From assembly GCF_006345805.1 (NCBI RefSeq), contig NC_043002.1, positions 107,136,001-107,200,000 on the forward strand: a DNA stretch of 64,000 bases, written 5' to 3'. Of this stretch, positions 1 to 12,872 are shown piece after piece. Position 1 is the stretch's first letter, and each line of letters begins with the position of its first letter. A program made the translations under genes and the position numbers. Origin of the DNA: Octopus sinensis (lineage: Eukaryota). The notes beneath the pieces are model-generated. The model searched no databases. It was not told the origin of the DNA and saw only the letters and a list, made by a program, of their open reading frames with translations.

Positions 1-23
1 ATCTTTAGACACTTATATACATG

Positions 24-57
<34 letters not shown>

Positions 58-200
58 ATATACAAATATATATTACTTGTATATATAAGTATATATGCTA
101 TTTATATGTACATATATATATATATATATTCACTTATATACATGTATACATTTATATATATATAAACACACACATATAGCTTATATACATGTATATATCC

Positions 201-266
<66 letters not shown>

Positions 267-735
267 ATATATATATATAGAGAGAGAGAGAGGGAGAAGG
301 CGCAACGGGAAAGAGAGGTGAGTAAAGTATTTATGAAGCAAAAGAAAGACAGAGCAATGAGGAAAGGGGGAAGAGGTGAGGAAAAGGATTTGGAAAATTA
401 GTAGATAAAACAATAAAGAGAGAGAGAGAGAGAGGCAGAAAGAGACAGTGTGTGTATGGTGGGGGGGGGTGAAGGTAGGGAAGGATCTAAGAATGAGAGA
501 GAAGAGGAGGAGGAGGAGGGATTTAGAAGGTGCGAGAGAGTGATGAGGCAGGTGGAATACATTAGTTGGATGATGAAATCACCAGCGACCAATGGTTGAC
601 GATGTGATTGTCGGTGGTTGATTGATAGGTTTCTTACCTTTCAACTATGTATATACATACATACATACCTACATATCTATCTATATATATATATATATAT
701 TCATGTATGTGCATATATCTATCTATATATCTATC

Positions 736-777
<42 letters not shown>

Positions 778-816
778 CCTCTCTCTCTCTCTCTCCCTCT
801 CTCTCTCTCTCTCCTC

Positions 817-867
<51 letters not shown>

Positions 868-868
<1 letters not shown>

Positions 869-1007
869 CTTCTTTATTGCCCACAAGGGGCTAAACATAG
901 AGAGGACAAACAAGGACAGACAAAGGGATTAAGTCGATTACATCGACCCCAGTGTGTAACTGGTACTTTTATTTATCGACCTCGAAAGGATGAAAGGCAA
1001 AGTCGAC
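868..1007 (-). mobile_element. SINE family C, 3' part (Meta/MESC-like central domain)
   Basis: Matches other copies; minus strand reads GTCGACTTTGCCTTTCATCCTTTCGAGGTCGATAAA..GTACCAG and ends ..TTGTGGGCAATAAAGAA. Confidence 0.8.
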
Positions 1008-1018
1008 ATATATATATT

Positions 1019-1425
1019 AGGTGCAGGAGTGGCTATGTGGTAAGTAGCTTGCTTACCAACCACATGGTTCCGGGTTCATTCCCACTGCGTGGCACCTTGG
1101 ACAAGTGTCTTCTACTATAGGCTCGGGCCGACCAAAGCCTCGTGTGTGGATATGGTAGACGGAAACTGAAAGAAGCCCGTCGTATATATGTATATATATA
1201 TATATATATATATGTGTGTATATGTTTGTATGTCTGTGTTTGTCTCCCCAACATCGCTTGACCACCGATGCTGGTGTGTTTACGACTTAGCGGTTCGGCA
1301 AAAGAGACCGATAGAATAAGTACTAGGCTTACAAAGAATAAGTCCTGGGGTCGATTTGCTCGACTAAAGGTGGTGCTCCAGCATGGCCACAGTCAAATGA
1401 CTGAAACAAGTAAAAGAGTAAAAGA
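1019..1425 (+). mobile_element. SINE family A (tRNA head, CORE-like block, internal TA/TG microsatellite, GTAAAAGA tail)
   Basis: A box TGGCTATGTGG, B box GGTTCATTCCC, CORE-like CACCTTGG(G/A)CAAGTGTCTT; about 15 similar copies in the window. Confidence 0.9.
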
Positions 1426-1497
1426 TATATATATACACATGTATGTATGTACTTATGCGTGAGTGTGTGCGTTAGCACATATATAAAGATTGTTTAC

Positions 1498-1530
<33 letters not shown>

Positions 1531-1963
1531 ATATATATATAATATAATATATATATATATATATATATAGCACTTATATGCAATACATACGCACACACAT
1601 ATATATGCATATGTATGTATGTATATAGGTGCAGTGAATGAATTGAATTACGCTGCTGTGGCAGACGGATCGTAATCTGTCCAAATTGTTTCTTTTGTTA
1701 AGATTCTTTCAATTGAGCGACTGTGGAAAAGAAAGAAAACGAAAACAAAAGAATGAACGAAACAATAACAGCAACAACAACAACAACCATAACAAGAGAA
1801 AGATGGAAAGAGAAGAGGAGAAAAGCAATGCATAGAATCCACTGACAAGCGCGCACACACAAACTACAAGTGTGTAGAATGGGGCAAGGTAAAATGAATG
1901 AAGTCACTTGCTCAAGAACATAACGCATTGGTGAGTTAGGATGTGTGTGTGTGTGTGTGTGTG

Positions 1964-2060
1964 TCATTCCTTCAGAATTAAAAATATGCAGTCTTCGAAA
2001 CATATGTCGAAAGTAAAGGAATTTTGATAAAATTTTCGTTCGACTCCATTCTTTTCATTT
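1964..2060 (+). mobile_element. Penelope-like terminal fragment with the 3' half of a hammerhead ribozyme
   Basis: Homologous to 12485-12580(-); GTCTTC-GAAA-CATATGTC-GAAAG. Confidence 0.6.
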
Positions 2061-2615
2061 ATTCATATAAAAAAACACACAAATTTCCACACACGAACAC
2101 GGGGTTCAGCCCTTGGCATGTAACTTCAACCGTGTTTTACTGAAGTGAATTTGCTACCCAGATTAACAGATTATCCATACTAGGATAATTCATTCATCTA
2201 CTTATATATATATATATATTTAAATCAATAAAGAAATAAGTGATATAGGTATCCACTTTATACAGCTCAACCAATTAGCGCTCTGATAGAGCTTCATGAA
2301 TATAAAATTAAGGAGAGGAGAAACCAAATTCAAAGGCCGATGTATATATTCATTCAATCCTTATAAACGAAGTTCTCCATCGTATAAAAAAGTGCATACA
2401 TAGATGCATTCATCTATATGATATATGAACATTTCTAAGAATTTACAAATAATTATACGCGAAAATTTATACATATATAAAAATTCATACACACATAAAA
2501 AATCTATATATACATAAAAATTCATAAATATAAATATATAAAATGTGTAAGCCCATATATGTACTTGGGAAGTCCGAATGAAGAAAGTGATAAAACGGAT
2601 GTAAAATGATATTAT

Positions 2616-3026
2616 ACTCTCTTTTACTCTCTTTTACTTGTTTCAGCATTTGACTGCGGCCATGCTGGAGCACCGCCTTTAGTCGAGCAACTCGACCCCG
2701 GGACTTATTCTTTTGTAAGCCCAGTACTTATTCTATCGGTCTCTTTTGCCGAACCGCTAAGTAACGGGGACATAAACACACCAGCATCGGTTGTCAAGCA
2801 ATGCTAGGGGGACAAACACAGACACACAAACACACACATACATATTTATATATACATATATACGACAGGCTTCTTTCAGTTTCCGTCTACCAAATCCACT
2901 CACAAGGCTTTGGTCGGCCCGAGGCTATAGTAGAAGACACTTGCCCAAGGTGCCATGCAGTGGGACTGAACCCGGAACCGTGTGGTTGGTAAACAAGCTA
3001 CTTACCACACAGCCACTCCTGTGCCT
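2616..3026 (-). mobile_element. SINE family A
   Basis: Full-length reverse-complement match to 1019-1425. Confidence 0.9.
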
Positions 3027-3130
3027 ATACATGGTGTTTAATATCATATGTCCGAAGATGATGGTCCGACCAAACATTTGATTTTTATGTAACACACGTT
3101 TCCTTTAAAATTCTAACCTTGTGCTTCTAT

Positions 3131-3220
3131 TAACTCTGATGAGAGAAATATAGAGTATTGCTATGGTCGGAGTTAGCTCGTTCATAGCAACCTATATTTT
3201 TTCGAAACGGCCGTAAAACT
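3131..3220 (+). ncRNA. Type I hammerhead ribozyme motif (long stem II, weak stem I)
   Basis: CTGATGA (3136-3142); GAGAAATATAG/CTATATTTTTTC and TTGCTATG/CATAGCAA stem II; GAAA (3204-3207); palindromic ACGGCCGT stem III; GTA site. Confidence 0.65.
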
Positions 3221-3615
3221 TTATACATAGACTTTATACATGTTCCGGACTCCTTATCAATCACTTTATATCCGCTTTATCACCCTCTTCATTCGAACTT
3301 CGCAAGTACACTTTTTATATATTTATATTTATGAATTTTTATGTATATATAGATTTTTTATATGTGTATGAATCTTTATATATTTATAAATTTTCGTGTA
3401 TATGTATTTCTAAATTCTTAGAAATCTTCATATAACATATAGATGAATGCATCGAGGTATTCACTTTGTATACAATGGAGAAGTTCGTTACTATGGATTG
3501 AATGAATATATATATCGGCCTTTGAATTTGGTTTCTCCTTTCTTTAATTATATATATGCACACACACACACACACACACATGCATATATATATATATATA
3601 CACAGACATGCATAC

Positions 3616-3658
<43 letters not shown>

Positions 3659-3675
3659 CATGTATGTATATATCA

Positions 3676-3968
3676 CCGTGATCACCGTGACTGACCAGGC
3701 TATCAGATGTTGCTACAAATCGCTGGTCACAATGCGCTTCGCATTGTTTTATCCTTCAAATGACGCCACCCCACTGGCTAAGCGAGCTGGCCAACAGAAG
3801 AAAGAGTGAGAGAAAGTTGTGGCGAAAGAGTACAGCAAGGATCGCCACCACCCCCAGCCGGAGCCTCGTGGAGCTTTAGGTGTTTTCGCTCAATAAACAC
3901 TCACAACGCCCGGTCTGGGAATCGAAAACCGCGCGATCCTACGACCGCGAGTCCGCTGCCCTAACCAA
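3676..3968 (-). mobile_element. SINE family B variant with an alternative 3' tail
   Basis: About 3805-3968 matches the family B head/body; 3676-3800 differs from the tail of the other three copies. Confidence 0.75.
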
Positions 3969-3983
3969 TGGTTAGTGGTTATG

Positions 3984-4016
<33 letters not shown>

Positions 4017-4036
4017 CATTATTTTTATATATTATA

Positions 4037-4071
<35 letters not shown>

Positions 4072-4708
4072 CTATACATACGCATATATATTATGTGTAT
4101 ATATATATACATACATACACATATATATATGTGTATGCTGGTGGAGCTACAGAAGCAATGGAAACCGCTCAGAACGTGGTAGACTGCAAAACACGACCCA
4201 GACTTCATGAAGATCATCATCACATAAGCTTATGGTGTTTACTCAATGCGTGAAAAACGAAAATCTGACGAGTGAGCACTATATGTCTGTACTCTAGGAA
4301 TAACAGCCGGGAACTGACGCCATCTGCCGGCGAAAAAGTTTTAGTGCGTGTTCATGAAGTTTGATGTCATCTTCCAGCCAAAGGATTTTACTCACACGTG
4401 CACCTTGTATCTACACACACACATACACACACACACAAACACATACACACGCACACACACGCATGCACACGCACACATCTACGCACGCACACACACACAC
4501 ACACGCGCACACACATCTAAATATGGTCCAGACAGGCCAGCGAAGCTGTTGTTTTGACCTGTTTTTTATCAAGTCGTATCGTAGTGCACATCTTAGCGTA
4601 ATTTCATTCATAAAACATAATTTTACACTTTATATTTACATACATGCTTTCATCTTAACAGGCGCATGCGCGTGCGATTGTATCAATTATGGCATATACT
4701 GGCATATA

Positions 4709-5061
4709 CTGGGTGTTCAGAAAGTCTCTTCGTAGTAAGTATTTCATTGCAAAATAAATATTTATAAGATGGTATAAGACTACAAAAGAATACAAGAATA
4801 CAAGTGTTGTCCTTCATTTTTAATACATAAGTTGACTCTTCTATACATGTTTTGAAATACATCTTGGAGAACCTGGCGCGTTATGGACCGTGTGAAGGTT
4901 ATGATTGCGTCTTTTGGCTCATTAATGGTTTTCAGGCGATTCTTTATTTGCTCTCCAGAAAAAAAGTCTAGCGGTGTTAAATCAGGTGATCTTGGTGGCC
5001 AAAGTCCCTTCGAAATAATCCGGTCACCGAAAAACTCACTGCGAAGAGACTTTTTCCCTGT
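4709..5061 (-). mobile_element. Internally deleted Tc1/mariner (maT/DD37D-like) element
   Basis: Imperfect TIRs AAAGTCTCTTCGTAGT / ACTGCGAAGAGACTTT; C-terminal transposase motif WPPRSPDLTPLDFF. Confidence 0.8.
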
Positions 5062-5185
5062 ACATGATGTATTAAGGCTTCCATATAGGTTTGTATATCT
5101 CTTCAATACGTACACACATACACACATGTGTATACACAATACAAACCGGCATGCATGCATGATGGTAGTCGTAGTCCGAGAAAGA

Positions 5186-5570
5186 GGAGGCGCAATGGCC
5201 CAGTGGTTAGGGCAGCGGACTCGCGGTCGTAGGATCGCGGTTTCGATTCCCAGACCGGGCGTTGTGAGTGTTTATTGAGCGAAAACACCTAAAACTCCAC
5301 GAAGCTCCGGCAGGGATGGTGGTGATCCCTGCTGTACTCTTTCACCACAACTTTCTCTCACTCTTACTTCCTGTTTCTGTTGTACCTGTATTTCAAAGGG
5401 CTGGCCTTGTCACTCTCTGTGTCACGCTGAATATCCCCGAGAACTACGTTCAGGGTACACGTGTCTGTGGAGTGCTCAGCCACTTACACGTTAATTTCAC
5501 GAGCAGGCTGTTCCGTTGATTCGGATCAACCGGAACCCTCGTCGTCGTAACCGACGGAGTGCTTCCAATG
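5186..5570 (+). mobile_element. SINE family B, full length
   Basis: A box TGGCCCAGTGG, B box GGTTTCGATTCCC; 13-bp TSD AGTCCGAGAAAGA at 5173-5185 and 5571-5583. Confidence 0.92.
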
Positions 5571-5799
5571 AGTCCGAGAAAGACCGTTCTGCTGTTTCTT
5601 GCTGAACAAGCTTCACAAATGATTTGTCTTTAGTGATAAAATGTTTGTGTTGTACTTTAAACTCACTCAATTACATTAAAATCTCTTGGAATACAAAATA
5701 CCACAGATGCATACACTTCTGCGCAAATGTGGTACGTTCTTTGAGAGGAATGATATGTTCTTATCAAACATAATCAAGAGACTAGATCACGGTCTATAC

Positions 5800-6092
5800 C
5801 AATGGTTCCCAAAGCGGGCGGTACTTTCTCCCCCCGATACACACAGTGGAAAGATCCGAGGAGAAATGCTGAAGAAAAGTGGAGCAGAGTGGCTAAAAGG
5901 GATAATGGATGTAAAAACAATTAAAATCATGAGTTAATTAGGTTAAGATTTATTTGTGAAATACAGTGGTTTTGAATTTGCTTTATAAAGTGGTCTATGC
6001 TTGTAATGGTGAGGAGCAGGGACTAGGAATGTGGCCTTGGTGCAAGGGGGCAAAGGGGGATTATCCCTTGATGGATTATATGAAGACCCACT
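5800..6092. mobile_element. Old hAT-type MITE
   Basis: Ends CAATGGTTCCCAAA ... GACCCACTG; similar to 12873-13186; no clean TSD. Confidence 0.45.
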
Positions 6093-6107
6093 GGAATATA
6101 AAAATAC

Positions 6108-6336
6108 CTATTTCTTTATTACCCACAAGGGGCTAAACACAGAGGGGACAAACAAGGACAGACATAGGTATTAAGTCGATTACATCGACCCCAGTGCGTA
6201 ACTGGTACTTAATTTATCGACCCCGAAAGGATGAAAGGTAAAGTCGACCTCGGCGGAATTTGAACTCAGAAGGTAGCGGCAGACGAAATACCGCTAAGCA
6301 TTTAGCCCAGCGTGCTAACGTTTCTGTCAGTTCGCA
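6108..6336 (-). mobile_element. SINE family C monomer
   Basis: Minus-strand head GCGAACTGACAGAAACGTTAGC, B box GAGTTCAAATTCC, Meta-like domain. Confidence 0.88.
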
Positions 6337-7809
6337 CCACAGATGCATGCATTTCAATGCAAAGATGCTACGTTCTTTGAGAGGAATGGTACTGTTCTTA
6401 TCAAGCAAAACCAAGCAATAACAGTACATAGTAAGTTTTAGTCTCAACGCCTCAGTAGATTCTCGCACTGAAATGAACTGGTTACAGTGACACAGTGACA
6501 TGACTGCCGCCACCATGATGCGGACATGCGCGTGAGTCGCTTACGAAGAAATAAAAACGATGGAAAGATAAGAAGAGCCACATAAAAATCCTGATTTGAG
6601 GATAATTGAAATATTTACTTCGATAAGCCATTAAAGGAATGAACGCTTATGTCACGAGTCGATAAAAAGCCTACTGACTTGATGTTATCGATGATCGATC
6701 GAGTTACTAAAAAAAAACAACTTGAACAAATTGATATTCCTAGTTTTTTTTATTATTCTTTTTGCCCTCTGAATATATAATTTAGACATTGAGCGACCAA
6801 TTGTGTCGCCATTATCATTCACCAACAGTTGAGAGTAACTGAGATCGATTGAAAATGCTAAGATTACACTGACTAAATGGATCAGCGCTGGAGAATTAGA
6901 TGCCAAATCAATAATGAATTCACGAATCACCAGCTGTGACTTTGTGATCGATTTCCTAAAATCCATAGGAATTACTGACAAGAGAGAGAGAGAGAGAGAG
7001 AGACGGAGACAGAGACAGAGACAGACAGACAGACAGACAGACATAGTAATAATTCTTAAATGCGATCTGTACTTTTGTTTTGGTTGGAATTTGGGTGGCG
7101 ACTTAATCTGGGAGAGGGGGCGGGATTTAATCCATCAGCCGGCTTAATACTAACATCTGGTATCTTGGGTACTGTTAGCGGAGGAATCAAATCTTTAGAT
7201 AGAAAATAGATACCTTCCTCTCTCCTACAAGTTTTCGAAGCCCTTAAAGCCCTCCTCCCTACCTATTAAAAGATAAATCCCAAACTACAAGAATATAGGA
7301 CTGTCAACTGCCAGATTGCATTAAACCCACAAAATTCATCCCCTTTCCCCTTCCCCAACTAAACTATTCAATTTCCAACCAAAGTGTAGAACTCATTATT
7401 TTCACAGTAAAGCATCGAGTGCTTTATTAGATTCTGGTTTTTAATTTCTAGCAGGAGTCGACTTGGCTTTCCATTTCACAAAGGGTTGCGAAAAGAGATA
7501 TCAGGGGTTCACTGTGGTTGATCTAATCGGGTGTATCCTACCCTTACAAACGTGCCACCCTGAGACGATGTAAGAAATTATTGTAAGAATAGATTGACGG
7601 CTGGACTGAGAGCCATTATTTACTTTCGCCCTTTTAAATTTTGAGCTCAAAAACCTTTTTAGATCAGCTTTGCCCTTCAACCTTCTGAGGGCGATATGAT
7701 AAGTTCTATGTGGTAGGAAACGGGAACAGGTGCAATCTCTTATGCCTCTCCCAAAAAAATTGACAGTCAAGTTTACATCATCCCTTAATAGTTCAAATTT
7801 ACCCTATAC

Positions 7810-8226
7810 AGGCGCAGGAGTGGCAATGTGGTAAGTAGCTTGCTAACCGACCACATGGTTGCGGGTTCAGTCCCACTGCGTGGCATCTTGAGCAAGTGTC
7901 TTCTGCTATAGCCCCGGGCCGACCAATGCCTTGTGAGTGGATTTGGTAGACGGAAACTGAAAGAAGCCTGTCGTATATATGTATATATATATGTGTGTAT
8001 GTGTGTGTGTGTGTGTTTGTGTGTCTGTGTTTGTCCCCCTAGCATTGCTTGACAACTGATGCTGGTGTCTTTACGTCCCCGTTACTTAGCGGTTCGGCAA
8101 AAGAGACCGATTGAATAAGTACTGGGCTTACAAAGAATAAGTCCCGAGGTCGATTTGCTCGACTAAAGGCGGTGCTCCAGCATGGCCGCAGTCAAATGAC
8201 TGAAACAAGTTAAAGAGTAAAAGAGT
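7810..8226 (+). mobile_element. SINE family A
   Basis: Full-length match to family. Confidence 0.9.
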
Positions 8227-8229
8227 ATA

Positions 8230-8700
8230 TCGTCATTGTCCTTGTTGTCATCGTCTTCGGGGCTGCTCCCGACCGCGTTTCCGAATATATCTTTCTTCGT
8301 TTGTTCTTCCTCATTTATGTCAGTGCCTCTAACAACAGGCAAGATTTTTGCGTAGAACAACTGTCCACAGAGGTCACACGAGATGCTAGGGGAAGGTTTT
8401 GGCTGAAGTTGGTATGTCTTCCGCAGTAGTCGTTTACCCTCTCCGTTTCTCTGAAGATGTTTTTCAAAATGTTCTACGCCAGTCTTGTTGATGTGGTGCC
8501 ATGTTGTTCTGCGAGTTACTCCCAAGATTTAGGGTCAATATCGGTGCTCTTCGTTGTCTGTTCCATTCAGTCTTCGAAGCGTCACATGGTGCGTCTCTTG
8601 CCGGCGTTGAGTTCGCTGTAGAGGATTTGGCGAGGCAGTCTGGAGTTCTTCATTCGGTAGACATGGCCTTCCCATTTGCCTTTACCACACCATAATCATT
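8230..8700 (-). mobile_element. RTE-clade LINE 3' fragment (decayed)
   Basis: Minus strand reads WEGHVYRMKNSRLPRQILYSELNAGKR and later ISCDLCGQLF, typical of the RTE/BovB C-terminus; stops and frameshifts present. Confidence 0.75.
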
Positions 8701-8913
8701 TCATGCAATATTTAAAACACTTTTTGAATATTTTCCTCCCTCTGCTACGCCTCATAAAATCTGCCCGTCTCAATAATAACTAATCATAGGATATTTTACG
8801 CACCACTAGTTGCCTTATCTGTTTGATAAACATATTTGCATTGTTTCTACATTGTCTCATGGTTAAAATCTTAATGTATTTCAATGACAGACCTTTTCTT
8901 TGGAATCACATCT

Positions 8914-9256
8914 TTGGAAGCACTCCGTCGGTTACGACGACGAGGGTTCCGGTTGATCCGAATCAACGGAACAGCTTGCTCGTGAAATGAACGTGTAAGT
9001 GGCTGAGCACTCCACAGACACGTGCACCCTTAACGTAGTTCTCGGGGATATTCAGCGTGACACAGGAAGTAAGAGTGAGAGAAAGTTGTGGTGAAAGAGT
9101 ACAGCAGGGATCACCACCATCCCCTGCCGGAGACTCGTGGAGCTTTTAGGCGTTTTCGCTCAATAAACACTCACAACGCCCGGTCTGGGAATCGAAACCG
9201 CGATCCTATGACCGCGAGTCCGCTGCCCTGACCACTGGGCCATTGCGCCTCCACTC
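8914..9256 (-). mobile_element. SINE family B with internal deletion
   Basis: Matches 5186-5570; 10-bp TSD AATCACATCT at 8904-8913 and 9257-9266. Confidence 0.9.
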
Positions 9257-9554
9257 AATCACATCTACTATATAAGCCAATACTTTTAAAAACCAATACG
9301 TATTTTAATCACCTTATAAACACCCCAATCCTACAGGTTTTTCTCTGTTATAAACCTCCATCCTTTTTCACCTTTAATACAAAAAAAAATAATAAATGCG
9401 TCTTTTTAAAAAAGGTTTCATCTCCGACGGGCTTTTTCGATATCCGACTGGACATATTGGTTTATGAGATTATTAGTTATATTTTTGAAACTCTGTCGGT
9501 CTTTTCAAATGGAAAATAATGTGTGAACAAATTCGGTGAAAAAATAAAATAACA

Positions 9555-9644
9555 TCTTTATATATAAAAGTGAAGTTGTGTGAGTGTCTGTCTCCTCCGA
9601 TTTAGATTCCTAACTACTCTCACATTTTGTGGTGCAGTTTAACA
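9555..9644 (+). mobile_element. Non-autonomous Helitron 5' fragment
   Basis: Matches the first ~90 bp of 34561-34960. Confidence 0.75.
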
Positions 9645-9740
9645 AGCAAAAAAGTGAAAGTGAAACAAGTTACATGGCTTTAGTTTTAAATCCTACGTTT
9701 CGGTTTCGGAATATTCCAGACAACTAAATTAATAACTCAC

Positions 9741-10027
9741 ATGTACGTGTGTATGTATGTATGTATGTATGTATGTATGTATGTATGTATGCATTTATGT
9801 ATGTATGTATGTATGTATGTATTTATGTATGCATTTATATATGTATGTAAGTATGTATTTATGTATGTATGTATGTATGTGTGTACATATGTATGTTTGT
9901 ATGTATTTATGTATGTATGTATGTATGTATGTTTGTATGTATGTATGTATGCATGCATGTATGTATGCATTTATATATGTATGTATGCATTTATATATGT
10001 ATGTATGTATGCATTTATATATGAATG

Positions 10028-10061
<34 letters not shown>

Positions 10062-10120
10062 TGTATGTATGTATGTATGTATGTATGTATTTATGTATGT
10101 ATTTATTTATTTATGTATGT
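9741..10120. repeat. (TATG)n microsatellite
   Basis: Direct inspection. Confidence 0.97.
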
Positions 10121-11620
10121 ATATTCTCCTCTCTCTTGAAATACTGGAAATGAGAAAGGAGCTGATTTCTAACAATGATACAGAACTCCATCAGGGGAAT
10201 GTAGATCTCGAAAACAATGCCACATTCTAAACTTGAGAAAAGCCTTGCATATTTTTACTGTTCCACTTACACCTTTTATGTGTAATGCACGAGTTAGTTG
10301 ATTGATTTCCTTTTCTGAATAGCCTGGCTTATCCAGACTGTCACTTAGACATTTGCTCGCAAAACTAAATAAAGCAATTATTATTAGTATTGAGTTGTCC
10401 GGAAAGTTCGTTCCGATTTATAGTAGCTTACCATTAGGCTTATTTTAGAACATGTTTGAGTCCATAAAATAGGATTTGACTACACCTCCATTTAGCTATA
10501 TATTTATGATGAATTCTTTGCCATGAAACCACCTCAGTTCTGGTAAGAGGGTATTTTGAAGTTAAAGAAAAGATAGAGACGCATTGTGCAACAAAATGAT
10601 TCATATTTGGTTGATTAAAAATGTAATGGCAAGAATTTATTGACCTTTTTCTTTCCTTTAAAAATTGGCACGAATTTTCCGGACAATCCAATATAAATAT
10701 ATTTAAGCTATCTTTTCGTGGAAGAAGGTTTATGTTCCTATAACCTGTGTTAATTCTGTAACCCTTTAAAACGGAAGATAAGAAAGTTCATTTTCGGCAC
10801 TTGATGCTTTGGGAACCAGACAAAAATTGCTGCAGCTCGGCTGGGATGTGTTCCTTCGGATTTCCACTTATTCAGGTTTTTGCAGAATAGTCTTAATGGT
10901 AAAAATTTCAATTCCTTGGATGACGTAAAAAGACACCTTGATGAATTCTTTGCCATGAAACCACCTCAGTTCTGGTAAGAGGGTATTTTCAAGTTAAAGG
11001 AAAGAGGGAGACGCATTGTGCAACAAAATAGTTCATATTTGGTTGATTAAAAATGTAATGGCAAGTATTTATTGACCTTTTTTTTTTTCCTTTAAAAATT
11101 GGCATGAACTTTCTGGACAACCCAATATAAATATGAATTTATAATCTGGATATAAAAGCTGGAAGTTTCGGAGCAATTATCCACAGTTATTCTCCTCCTC
11201 TTTAATTTTCAATGAAATATTCACATCATCATGGCAGCTGACCTTTATGACAATATATTTTTTTTGTTTGTCCCAAATAACAATATCCGGCCCGTTATAT
11301 ATTTACATTTGACAGACGTTATGACGGGAATGTCCCACCAATACTTCTTGTGTCGATGCTTCGCATTCAATAACATGGAGATTCTCCATAATTATTCCAG
11401 GACAGTTTTTAGAATGGCAGTGTATACTGTTTTGTGACAATGCGTATCGCATTGGGAGGTGGTAACTTGACATTTTTGGGAAGCTGCTAATCACATTTGT
11501 GATGTCTTCCAAAGAAACGTCTCACAATCTACGGTTCGGTTGTATCTTAGGATTCGAAGGGCTTCACTGTCTCTTATGCTTATAAGGTATTTGGTAGCAA
11601 TCTCCTGGTCTTGGATTATA
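10120..11620 (-). mobile_element. Old R4/Dong-clade LINE 3' portion, interrupted by a mariner at 10390-11125
   Basis: Minus-strand peptides IQDQEIATKYL, EDITNVISSFPKMSS, LLRNFQLLYPDYKF, GTVKICKAFLKF match the 17.1 kb and 39.7-40.6 kb copies. Confidence 0.75.
10390..11125 (+). mobile_element. Mariner deletion derivative with duplicated 3' part
   Basis: TIR TTG(G/A)GTTGTCCGGAAAGTTCGT, TA flanks; right TIR occurs twice (ends 10691 and 11125); same family as 16282-16846. Confidence 0.85.
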
Positions 11621-11640
11621 TATATACATGGAATATTGAC

Positions 11641-11727
<87 letters not shown>

Positions 11728-12042
11728 CTTTATGTACACTGATTTGTTCTGCTTTTTTATGTGTTAACCCTACAGTCTCTTATGTGGTGGTTTAATAAAG
11801 TATGGATTGAGTAATTATCTGGTAATTGATATTTGATTTAGATGTATTTCTCCATTTTCTTATCTTGTATTAGTAATTTGTGGTAAATCATTTTACCTTT
11901 GCCCATATAATACAGTAAATGAATTGATTGCATCGCAATCCTTAACATTTATGTATTAACTTTGTTGGGTACTTCACTTGCAGTATATTGGATATATGTT
12001 ATCCCATGGAGGGTTGCATTTACAACCCCTATCTCAATTTGC

Positions 12043-12073
<31 letters not shown>

Positions 12074-12442
12074 ACTCTCCCGTCGGTTTTGCCGTATGAG
12101 GCTCCGACAACGTACTCTTTATTTTGTCAATCATAATGCTTATGTCGAATGTGACATTTAAGTCCCGCCAACGATTTGCAAAGAAGACCACAAATGTTGC
12201 AAGTATGAGGATTCCAGGTCAGAGCAGGTGGTATATTTACAACCGCTCATCCCCTTTGCCTTACACCCCGAAGCCTGTTAATGCTGGTTGCAACAAAGTT
12301 TTTAATACCATTTTCATACAACGATCTCCGTTTTGTTCGTACCAAGGCCTTTCACTCAAAGGTTGTTGTGAGCTATCTTCGTTCCTAAGAGGTTACTCTT
12401 CAGCTTGTCCTCGTATATATATATAACCATATATATATGTAA

Positions 12443-12488
<46 letters not shown>

Positions 12489-12530
12489 GAAAGAATGGAG
12501 TCGAACGAATATTTTAACAAAATTCCTTTA

Positions 12531-12613
12531 CTCTCGACACATGTTTCGAAGACAGCATATTCTTAATTCCGAAGGAATAAAGGGTGCATTATGCCGTCTT
12601 CTCATCAGGAAAG
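12531..12613 (-). ncRNA. Type I hammerhead ribozyme, apparently intact
   Basis: Minus strand: CTTTC-CTGATGA-GAAGACGGCATA..TATGCTGTCTTC-GAAA-CATGT-GTC-GAGAG; stems I, II and III all pair. Confidence 0.85.
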
Positions 12614-12690
12614 ACAAGGAACCTATATCAGCCTCAAGACGAACAAAAGCTTCTTGATGACTGCCCACATGGTGTCCACAGGGATATATA

Positions 12691-12725
<35 letters not shown>

Positions 12726-12872
12726 GTATGGTTAATAATGCAAATATATGTGTGTATTATTTATTGATTTATTTATTTATACACACACACGAACACACGT
12801 GTGTGTGTGTGTGTGTGCGTGTGTATCGGCGAGGAGTAAAGAAAATGGTATTCAGATCTTTCTGTGTTACAT

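Larger units (their letters stand above)
2300..3552 (+). mobile_element. Penelope-like terminal repeat in inverted + direct arrangement, split by a SINE A
   Basis: About 2300-2610 is a diverged reverse complement of about 3260-3552; a hammerhead motif lies at 3131-3220. Confidence 0.6.

Noticed and set aside
4262-4345. Hammerhead candidate CTGACGA...GGCGAAA
   Set aside because: Stem II does not close next to the core and there is no stem I partner
5186-5260. tRNA gene (also the heads of SINE A, C and D)
   Set aside because: A/B boxes are present, but there is no clean cloverleaf or T-run terminator and each is fused to a SINE body
11155-11200. Hammerhead half (minus-strand CTCCGAAACTTCCAG)
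   Set aside because: It is R4 LINE coding sequence (LLRNFQLLYPDYKF) with no CTGANGA
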